Below are positions 50,701-61,400 of a stretch of DNA of 64,000 bases, in pieces. The notes under the pieces are model-generated. The model saw nothing but the letters and a program-made list of their open reading frames with translations, did not search any database and was not told the DNA's origin. The stretch spans positions 1 to 64,000 of the forward strand of contig QPMI01000493.1 in the NCBI GenBank assembly GCA_004431415.1, given 5' to 3'. The translations under genes and the position numbers were made by a program. Positions within the stretch are counted from its first letter, which is position 1; each line of letters begins with the position of its first letter. This DNA comes from Cyanophora paradoxa CCMP329. Lineage: Eukaryota > Plantae > Glaucophyta.

Positions 50701-51789
50701 GCTATCAGGGAGGGCGTCCAGGGTTTCCCGACGATCAAATTCTACGGAAAGGCCCCCGCGGCGCGGTACGACAGCTGGGACGCCGCCAAGGCCGCCAAGG
50801 GCAAGCCCATCGTGCGCCCATGTTTGCTCCTCGATCTAGCGGGACTAAAGCAGGCTAGACTACGCCTAGGGGCTGCGCTCCCTCACGCCTTGGCCCCCTG
50901 CTCCGACCCCCACCGACCCCGATCCCCTTCCCCTGCAGGAGTACACGGGCCTGCGGACGGTCAAGAACATCGTGACCTTCCTCAAGGACAACAAGGTACC
51001 CGCCCCGCCCCGCCCGCCGCCTCCCTCCTCCATCCTCGCTCCTCCCCCTCACCGCCCCGGCCCGCAGGTGGCGCTGCCGGACTCGCTGCTGAAGCAGATG
51101 AGCATCCAGCACCTCGACGTCGACCTCCAGGTCCGACTTCCCCCCCCCCTTCCCCCCCCCCTTCCCCCCCTCGCCCGTCCCCTCCCCCCCCTGGGCAGGA
51201 GGCTCGGAGCTAGGAGGCCTAGAGGGAGGACGGACCTGCCTCCGCCGGCTCCCTCCAAGACGAGAAGCTAGAAGACCCGCTAGAAGACCGCCTCGACCCG
51301 CCCCCGGGCCCGCGCGCCCTCCTGACCGCTACCTCCAGGCGGTGGCCGAGCACGCGGCCGATGAGAACGGCACCGACAGCGCCGAGCACCGCGGCGGCGA
51401 CGACGACGAGGAAGCCGACGAGTCGTGCGCCCGCCAGCGAGCTCCCGCCCCGCCTTTCGCCGCCCCGCCCCACCTTCCCTTCCCTTCCGAGCCAGCGAGC
51501 TCGCCGCCCGCCGGTCCCGCTCTGAATCCGGCGGCGGCGCAGGGCCCCGGGGGCGAAGCTGAAGGCCTACTCGGCGCCGACCGTCGACGACGACGAGGCG
51601 CTCCTCGCCGGCGACGGTACCCCCCCCCCCCTTCCGCCCCCCGCCCCCCTGCTCACTCTGAGTTTCTCGTTCGCAGCGGCGGAGGCGCAGCCCGAGGAGG
51701 TCTCGTTCTACGACAACAGCACGGTCGTGCACCCCGAGATCAAGGCCCCCGCCGAGGGCATGGACGAGGCCGGCAACGAGTTCATATGA
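47765..51789 (+). CDS. Thioredoxin/protein-disulfide-isomerase-like protein with two WCPHC domains
   Basis: Spliced: [62 protein letters not shown]. Second domain FTIAVYHAYWCPHCTSLMP..GVQGFPTIKFY..EYTGLRTVKNIVTFL. Acidic tail ending ..GMDEAGNEFI* at 51789. Confidence 0.88.
49200..49650 (+). repeat. Coding Lys/Ala/Pro-rich repeat (DKPA)n linker
   Basis: 12-nt repeat GACAAGCCCGCC and derivatives inside one long exon; ORF 49179..49931. Confidence 0.9.
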
Positions 51790-52776
51790 GCGGCCTGAGC
51801 CGTTCCTGCTGCTAGGCGGCGGGGACGCCGGCGCCGGCGGGGCCCCCTAGGGCCCGGGGTGCGATGTTAGCAGTCTGCAGGTAGGTAGGTCTGAGCCTAG
51901 GCTAGTCCAGCTTGTAGGGCGCGCGCTATGTTCATGAAGAGTTCAACATGGCGAATCGAAGCCTTGAAGCTTGGCGTGCACACCGTCCAACGGGCGGGCG
52001 GGCGGCACGCCGAGGCACGCCGGGCCTCTATTTCAATTCAACGGTAATGGCAAAGTTATGTAGACAGAATTCGATCAAAACAAGTTATGAACAAGCCATG
52101 ATCCGAGGATCATCGCATCATGCTTATGATCATGATCATCATGGCATGATCATGATCATCGGATCATGATGAGCCGTGATCATGAGTCAGTCAACGTCAT
52201 CGCTGTAGTGCCTACTACTGCCTACTACTACTAGGCTAGTCGTAATATAAATATTAAGTTGACGAGCCTCGGAGGTGCATGTGGTCGGAATGCAAATCGC
52301 TGCTACTACTTAGGCTACTAGGCTACCACCGTGCCACTAGTTATAGGCTAATTATTGATTTGGTGAGTTGACTAGCAGCCTGGCAGTGCTCGCGTTCCGA
52401 GTTCGGTGATCATGAATTTAACAGTCCCCCGGCCCGTCCCTTACTTAATGATCATGATCAGCTTTACGCCGTGACTCGGCGACGGTTCCATGCCAGCAAA
52501 CGTTAACGGACTGGCGCCTGTTGCTCCGATCCCCATGGGCCGTTGAATAATGACAGGCGTGCCCGGGGCCATGCATGATCATGATCACTGATTCAGTGAG
52601 CCCCACGGCGATCATTGAGCGACATTTCATAGTATCATAGTAGTAGTATGCCCCTTTCACCATCCGGATCCAGTCACTGAGCCATCCAATTCACTGAGAC
52701 ATAAAACGCCCGGCCAGCCTGGAAGCGCCGCAGTCGGCCTCGGGGGCGCCGGGGCGAATCGAACCCGGACCGGACC

Positions 52777-53546
52777 CTACTTCCTCGCCCCGTACCCGCC
52801 GCCGCCGGGCGTCTCGATGCGGATCCGGTCGCCGCCCTCCGCGGCCACCGTGTTCTTTGGGCCCAGCGAGATGCGCCTGGGGTACAGGCTCAGAGCGGAA
52901 GGGGGGGTGGGAAGGAGCGGGGGGGGGGTACCGGCCGTCCGCGCGGACGAGCAGGTTGAGGCCGCACTGGCCCGGATCGCCCCCCGCCAGCCTGCGGGTA
53001 CCGTAAATCTCGGAGGGAAGGGCGGCGGGGATTTCGTACCCGTAGGGCCGCGTCACGCGCCGCTCGGAGAGGATGCCAACCTGGAAGGAGGTAATTATAA
53101 GGGGCGCAACGGGAGGGGGGAAGAGAGGGGAAGGGGGGGGGGAGTACCGTAAGTGGCCGAAGGAACTCGATATCGCGCACCACCTTCGTAGGGAAAAGGG
53201 GGGGTACGGGATCAGAGTACGTCGGGGTACGCGCGGGAAGGCGAACTGTGTACCCCGTCGCCGCCGCGGTAGGCGCCCTCCCCGCCCGACCCGCCGCGGA
53301 TGCCGAACTCCCGCAGCATCACGGGGTACCTGAAACAATCGAACGCGTGAGGGGTACGGCGATCAATCAAGCTAAGGGGTTACGGGCGCACCGGCGCTCG
53401 AGGATCTCGGGGTCCGTGATGCGCGTGTTCGTCATGTGCGTGTGCACGCCGGACTGCGCGGCCGCTCAGATCAGATCCTATCAGATCTGATCAGATATGA
53501 TCTTATTCGGTAACGGGCTACCTGGCCGTGCCAGGTGGGCCCGGCG

Positions 53547-53584
<38 letters not shown>

Positions 53585-55423
53585 GTCGTCCCCAAAGGTA
53601 AGGTTGTTCATGCAGCCCTGGGCGGGCCGGGCGGGGGGAGGGCGGGAAGTGAGCGAGGAGCGTGGCTGGGGACTGGGCGGCCGGCCGGGCCGGCCGGGAG
53701 GGCGGACGGACCTGGCTGGCGGCGCAGGCGGCGAAGGCCTTCAGCACCACGTCCGTCACCCGCTGCCGGGGCGCGCGCGGGCCGGGCGCGTCAGCGTGGA
53801 GGATTCTACTACGCCAGCGGCGCTTCTTATTGCGCTCTCATTGATTCTGGTTCCTTCCCCCTTCGCACCTGGGAGGTGAGGACGTTGCCGCCGACGACGG
53901 CGGCGCCCTCTGAGGGGGAGAGGATCGTCCCCTCCGGGATCACGATCCGGATCGGCACCAGGCAGCCCTGCGCGCCGGGAAGGGGGCGGGCGTGGGCAAG
54001 CATCGTGCGTGCGTGCGGGACGAGAGCTAGAACTCGGAGGGACGGGCGGGCCTAGGACCTAGGACCTAGCTCTATCTGATGGTTCTAGGACCTAGAGCCT
54101 AGCTCTAGGCATAGCTCTGTACCTGGTTGAGGGGGATGTCCCGCGCCCCGAGGCAGCGGAGGGAGTAGAGGGATGAGAGCTAGGACCTAGGACCTAGCTC
54201 TAAATCTAGGACCTAGGACCTAGGACCTAGCTCTAAATCTAGGACCTAGGACCTAGGACCTAGCTCTAGGACTAGGACCTAGGCCGGATAGTTCTAATTC
54301 TATATTCTAATTCCGGATAGTTTAGATAGTTTGATAGTTTTGATAGCTCTAATTTGGGCACCTGGTTGAGGGGGATGTCGCGGGTGACGAGGCAGCGGAG
54401 GGAGTAGAGGATCGCGCTCTTCGCCACCGCCTTGGGCGAGTTGCTGTTCCCTGCGGGGGAAGGAAGGAGGCTTTCAGGGGGGCGGGAGTCGGGTGCGCGG
54501 CCCGCCCACTCCACCCGCTAAATCATTCGCTAAATCAGGCTCCCGCTAATCAGGGCCCGCCCGCGGGGGTCCGCCTAGGCTCTGCTAGAGCACTCGGGGC
54601 GCGGCGTAGGATGCTAGGCTACGGGCGCCCGGCGGCGCGAGGCCCGGGGCCCATGGGCGTCGATTCCCGCGCGGGGCATCCCTTTCTAAACCTCTCTCCG
54701 TAGACGTAGACGTAGGCCGAGGGCCGAGGGCGGACCGTAGACCTCGGGCCCGGTGCCGGAGAAGTCGAAGACGGCGGAGCCGTCGCGGCGGTCGATGTGC
54801 AGCCGCAGCCGGATCGGTGTCCCGTCGTCCATGTAGTCCACCGCCTGCACGGAGGGCATGAACGAAGCAGGGCCGGGCAGGCCCCGGCTAGGCAAAGCCG
54901 TGCAGAGCCCCGGCTAGGCAAAGCCGTGCAAGCTTGAAGGCTAGGCTTCGAGCCCGGCGTGGCCTCAGAGCGGGTGGCAGCCGCGCCCCCCCGATAGGCT
55001 AAGCCTTGCCGGGGCGAGGGGCGAGGGGGACGGACCTCGACGGCGCCCTGCTCGGGGAGGCCCTGGGCTTCGGAGATGCGCCGCAGCATCTCCCGCACCG
55101 CAGACTCCGCCGCCTCCTGCGGGGGAGGGGGCGGGAGGGTGAGAGGAGGGGGGAGGGGGGGGAGGGGGAAGGGGAGGGGGCGGGAGGGGGAGGGATGGTG
55201 TGTGTGTGTGTGTGGTGGGGGGGGGGGGGGGAGGGGGGGTGAGGGGGGGGAGGGGGGGAGGGGGGGGGCGGCAGGGGAGGGGCTCTCGGGAGAAGGGGCT
55301 GCGCCCTTATCTGTCTCTCGGGGCGTCCTCGCATCTAACCGACCAGGCGGGAGGGGGGGGGGGGAGGTGGCTGGAGGGTGGGGCGCCGGGATCGGCGACG
55401 GGCTGAACCCTTATGGGCGGACC

Positions 55424-55475
<52 letters not shown>

Positions 55476-58400
55476 CCTTATCTGAACCCTCATCTATCTC
55501 TCCGGGCGGACCTGGATGTACTTCATGTAGGCGTGCACGGTCGGCAGCCCGTGGCTCTCTGCGGAAGGGGGCGGGACGGTCGACGTCGGCGGCCCGCAGC
55601 TCTAGCTCTCGGCCAGCGACGGGAAGCTTAAGGAAGCGGACCGTTGAGCTAATTAGATAATTAGAATAGCATCTTAAGCTAATTAGAATAGCATCTTAAG
55701 AAGCTAAGCCTGGAAGGAAGAAGCCGGGGCCAGCGATGGGAAGCTTAGGAAGCGGACCGATGAGCTCGGAGACGAGGGCGATGCCGCGGTGGTTCGCGGC
55801 CACCTGCGCGGGGAGGGGCGGGGGGCGGTGGGCTGGGGGGGAAGGGAAGGCGGGCCCCGGCCCCGGGCACCTGCGCCCGCAGGTCCGACAGGTTGTCTGA
55901 GCGCATCCGATCGGTCAGATCAGATCAGACGACGGCGGCGCCACACTGCGTGGGCGTGCGCCGGGCGGGCGGGGCGGACCGCGGAGGGTGCGGGTGCCGG
56001 AGGAGGGCGCCTCGTGCGCCTTGCGCGCGATCTTGCCGGGCGCCTCCAGCAGCGCCGTGATCCCCGCCTCCTGCGCGGGGGGGTCTCGGGTCCCTACAGA
56101 TCTTAAGACGCCGGGGGGCACCGGGTCGCTTAGAGAACCGGTGCGCCCCTTCGTTTCGGCTTAGCTCGGCTTAGCTCGGCGAGGCTTATATTTAGGGAAG
56201 CTTAGCGGGGCGGGCGGGGCGGGCGGGCCTGGAAGAAAGTCGCGGGCGCTTAGTCCTACTAGCCTGGCTTAGCTTCATAAGATGCTATTCTAGTTAGCTT
56301 AAGGTGCTATTCTAATTAGCGGGGCGGGCCTGGAAGACGCCGTCGCGGACGAGGACGAAGGACTTGATGGCGGCGCCCTCCTCCTCGAGCGCCTTCGAGA
56401 AGGGCGGCATCGACCCCGGCGTGATCCCCCTGAGGATAGATACGCGGGGCGTGAGAGGTTCTTAGTGCGAGCTCGCCCGGGACGGCAAGGCGGGGCGGGG
56501 CGGGGCGGGGCGGGGTACAGGGCACCCGATGTCGGCGTGGTGGCCGCGGGAGGCGACGTAGAAGACCGGTCGCCCCGCGTGGAAGACCGGCGTGATCACC
56601 TGAGCCGAGGGGGCGTCGGGCGGCGCGAAAGGGAGAAGAGAGGCGCGGGGGGAGGGGGAGGGGGGGAGGGGAGGGGGGCAGCGGGGTGGCGCCCCGCGCA
56701 GCGACGGGAAGGAGCTCTTGGGAGCGGAGGGAAGGGGGGGGGGGAGGGAGGGGGGTACGACGGGGCGCACGGTGATGTCGGGGAGGTGGGAGCCTCCCAT
56801 GGCGGGGTGGTTCGAGACCAGCACGTCCCCCTCCCGCCACCCGCCCTGCGCCGCCTGGGGGTACAGGAAAGATTAGATGAAATCAAGAGGGGGGAGGGGA
56901 GGGGAGGGGAGGGGAGGGGGGTACCAGGTGCTCGATCTGGGCACGGACGGCGTCCTGCATGGACCCGAGGTGGACCGGCAGGTGCGGCGCGTTCGCCCTG
57001 GGGGGTACCGTGTCGAAAGGAGAGGAAGGAAGGCGGGGGGGGGGGTACGGCTTACACGAGGCCGCCGTCGGGCCCGAAGAGGGCGCAGGAGAAGTCGAGC
57101 CGCTCCTGCAGGCCCGGGTCAGGTCAGGGCACGGGGGGTACAGCTCAAAAGAGATGGGGGTACAGCCTGCCTTGATGTTGGTGCTGATGGCGGTGCGCTG
57201 CAGCGTGCGGCCCATCTGCTCCTGCGACGGGGCTTTAAAAAAGGAAGGGGGGGGGGAGAAGGCGGGGTCCGGGGGGGGGAAGGGGGGTACCGCGATGCCC
57301 ATGAAGCGGTGGGCGAAGATGGAGAGCTGGACGGAGTCGCAGGGGGGCCCGCCGTCCCCGTCGGCCTGATCCGGGAATGAGTGAGTGGGGCAGCGGAGAA
57401 ACAAGGCGGTGAAGCAGCAGGCGGGGTGAGGAGAGCAGGCGGGGAACGGGCGCGGGAGCATCCTATCTGGGCGACTGACTGGCTCGCCTGGGCGGTGCCG
57501 CGGGCCTGCTGCCCGCCCTCGACGTTGATGACGACGTCGCCCGAGGGCGTCACCCCCGCCACGCACTGCCGCGAGGTCAGACCACCGCGAGGTTGGGGCC
57601 CGTGGCGGACGCTCGCGAGGGCAGTGGACAGGGAGCCGGCGGAGGCACTAGGCGATGTCCCCTCTAGCCGTCTGTCTGTCTAGGACCGCGCGGGGGCCCT
57701 GCGCACGCCGGGCTCGACGACGATGGTGGAGGTCTTGTCGATGATGATGGCGGGGCCGCGCACCACCGCCCCGAACGCCCCGCTCCCCTGCTCCGTGGGA
57801 TGAAGAGGAGGGGGTCAGAGCGAGGAGGAGTCAGATGCTGACTAGGGGCAGAAGTGCATGGTTCGGAGCTTCCGTTTTGGCTCAGCTCAGCCTAGAAGCG
57901 AGATGCTTGGTGGATCTTATGAGAGTCTTGGCTTCGTCTTCTCCTTCAGGCGATCTTATGATTTCTTCTTAGGATATCAAGATCATTTTATGGATCTGAT
58001 GAGAATGGAGCGCACGGGTGCCGGGGCGAGCTCCTCGAGGAGGTGGACGGGCGTCTCGACGCGCCCCCCCTCGAAGTAGGCCCGCGTCGTCGTCCGCGGC
58101 GCCGGGTCCACCGCTGTGGCGCGTCGGGTCGGGTCGTTCGGTCGCGTCAGGTTGGATGGGAGTGGATTGGGGTAGGCGAGAGGGCTCGATCTAGACGAGT
58201 GCGTTGGATCGAAAGAATTGGGTTGGATCGCATCTCCTTTCACGCGAGGCGCTAGCCAACTAGCCACCCAGCTAGCTCGCTCGCTCGCGCTCACCCGGGG
58301 AGGCGGCGGCGCCCTGCTCGCCCTTCGGGCGCTTGGCGGCGGGCCCGGCGTCGGCCGCCGCCACCGCCCGCCGGATGTGCTCCGCGGTCTGAGGCCAGGG

Positions 58401-61400
58401 GAGGTCAGAAGAAGCGGGGGGGGGGGGGGGGGGGGGGGCTTCGCGAAAGGCTCGGGGACGGGGCTGGCTAAAGGCTAGGCGGGGGCTAGGAGACCCGGGG
58501 GTAAAGGCTAAAGAAGAAGCGGAGGGCGGGAGGGGCCGCGCCGGGCCCGGGGCGCACCGCCTCCTCCACGGTTCTCTTGAGCTTTTCCTAAGTCTTTCTT
58601 CGCAGCTTAGGATTTTATGCGAGGAACCATCTAGATCTTATGGATCTTATGGCGGGGCCGCGCTGGTTGGAGGGCGCACCGCCTCGACGGCGCTCGCCTC
58701 GACCTCGCGGCTCGTCTTCCCCACCGCCCTGCACGTACCCCCCCGCCTCAGATAAGCAGAAGGGTGAGAGGGAGGGGGGAGGGGAAGTGGGGGGAAGGGG
58801 CGGCCTCCTCTCGTCTAGCCGAGCTCTCTAGCCAGCCGCCCGTCCAGCCTCCCGCCCGGCCGCCCCCACAGAGAAGGCCCTGTAGAGAGAGTACGGGGAG
58901 GGGGCGCCGCCGGGCGGCTAGCCGGGCCCTCTAGCCAGCCGCCCGTCCAGCCTCCCGCCCGGCCGCCCCCACAGAGAAGGCCCTGTAGAGAGAGTACGGG
59001 GAGGGGGCGCCGCCGGGCGGCTAGCCGGGCCCTCTAGCCAGCCGCCCGTCCAGCCTCCCGCCCGGCCGCCCCCACAGAGAAGGCCCTGTAGAGAGAGTAC
59101 GGGGAGGGGGCGCCGCCGGGCGGCTAGCCGGGCCATCTAGCTATCCGCCCGTCCAGCCGCCCGGCCGGCCGCCCCCACAGAGAAGGCGCAGACGCGCACG
59201 CACCGGACGCGGATGTCGTCGATGCGGACGGGCCGGTCGGGGATCGTGAAGCCGTACTCCCGCTGCGCCCGTACCCCGCCGCGGGCGCGATCAGAGGCGA
59301 GGGGAAGGAGCGAGCAGAAGTGGGAGGGTGGAGAGGGGCGCCGCCGAAGCTAAAAGGATTAAGAATATGTTTGAAGAGCTTTAAAAACTTAGAAGAAAGG
59401 CTTGGAGAAAAGACGGAGCTGCTCGGACTTGATTATATATATGAAAGACTCGGAAAGAATTCATTATACGCTTAAGATGGCGTTTGAAGAGCTTAGGCCT
59501 ATAGAGAGGGAAAAGAAGGGGCCACGCCATGTATTCGCGCTTAGAGAGGGTAAGAAGAAAGACTTAGGAGGAAAGAAAAGACTTCGAAAGACTTAAGAGA
59601 CTAAGAAAGAACGACTTAGAAGAGCTTAGAGATTCACGAAAGAAAGACTTGGCGCGCCATGTACTCGCGCCGGAAGGCCGCCAGGAAGTCGCCCTGCGGC
59701 AGGCCGCCCCGCGCGCCCCCCGGTCAGTCTTTGGGACCGAGCGCAGCGCTTTGGAGAGGGAAGCCGGGAAAGGGGAGGGGTATCTGGCCCCGTCCCCTGC
59801 TAGGTCCCCCGGCGGGGCACGTCCTCGGGGGGACCGCAGGCCTCCTAGCCGGGTCGAGGGGGGAGAGGGGGGGTATCTAGCCCCGTCCCCGCGCTGGGAA
59901 GCCCGGGGGGAAGCCCGTCCCCTCGACCCGGTTCGAGGGGGGGGAGGGGGGTCCCCGCGCTGGGAAGCCCCGGGGTTCGGGGAGGCGGAGGGGGGGTATC
60001 TAGCCCCGTCCCCGCGCTGGGAAGCCCCGGTGGGGGAGGGGGGGGGGGGGAAGCGGGCGCACGTCCTCCGGCTCGGGGGTCATGATCGCCGCGTCCGTCC
60101 CTGCACCCGCCCCCGCCCCCGTCAGACAAGGGAGGGGGACGGAGGATGGGGGACGGGGGGGTACCGCGCACCCTCGTAGCGGAGGTTGAGGAATCGGTCG
60201 CAGCGGACGCGCTCCGCGGAGAAGCCCTGCGCACGCAGCCGGCCCCGCGCCCTGGCGAGGAGAAGTAAGGAGGAGGAGGAGGGGGAGGGAGGAGGCGGGA
60301 GGGGGGGGCCTCACTCTTCGGCGAGGGCGTCGAGGCGGGCCCGGACGCCCGGCAGGGCCTCCTCCCCGTACACAGCCGCGCACGGCTCCTGCCCCTCGCT
60401 CACCTGAGGGGGACCGCGCTCAGAGTAGGGTACGTAGGCTCAGGGGGAGGAGGGGTACGCGCGCGCCACGTCGGCGAGGGCGAGGCCGTAGGCGGAGAGG
60501 ATGCCGGCGAAGCGGTGGACGAGGATCGTGCGCATGCCCAGGGCCCGCGCCAGCGCGCACGCTGCCGGGGGGGCGGAACGGAAGGGTCGGGCGGGCGGGC
60601 GGGAGATCTAGAGCCGCAGGCCGGCCGGGCTAGGAGAACGGGGTAGGCCGCCGGTTGAGGGTAGGTCATAACAACAAGGGCAGGCTGGGCAGGGGTCTAG
60701 AACCGCACCGTGCTGGGCCCCCGCGCCCCCGAAGCACGCCAGGATGTGGTCCGTGACGTCGTACCCCTTCGCCTGCGGGGAGGGGGGGGGATGAGCGAGG
60801 GGGGGAGGAGAAAGGAAGGGGGGTACCTGGGTGATGGAGCGGATGGGGCGGCACATGGCCTCGTTCGCCACCCGAATGAAGCCGTACGCGACCTGCGGGG
60901 GTACTTCTTTCTGAGGGGGTACAGGGACTGAAGTGTGTGTGGGGGAGAGGTGGCGTGCTAGCCTCGTCTGGGGTCATGGGCCCGGTGCCGCCGCCCTGCG
61001 CCGCCGCGCTCAGAGGAAGGGGGGAGAAATTCGGAGGGGGGTACGGCGAACGTGGGAGGCGAAGTATGCGTTGATTTCATCGGTGATCTTCTCGAAGGCG
61101 GCCCGGGTACCGTCCGCGTCCAGCGGCTGCGGCGAAAATCAGAAGAGGGGTACGACTCGGCGATCGAATCCGGGAGAGGGGTACCTGATCCTCGGAGGGC
61201 CCGAAGATCTTGGGGAAAAACTCGGGAAGCAGGCGCCCCAGGAGCAAGTTCGCGTCTGGAGCGGGGGTACGGGGTCACCAGGATCTATTGTTTTTGCAGG
61301 GTGGAGGGGGGGTACCGGTGACGGCGAGATTGCCGCCCTTGCGATAGCAGACGGGGCCTGCGGGGCCATCAGGGGGGTACGGGTTGGCGCGGATGGGTGT

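Noticed and set aside
52745-52800. tRNA-like GGGTTCGATTC on the minus strand
   Set aside because: No cloverleaf can be formed; it overlaps the OPLAH stop codon and 3' UTR.
58826-59187. Possible CRISPR-like array
   Set aside because: Units are fully repeated with no unique spacers; intronic, eukaryotic context, no cas genes.
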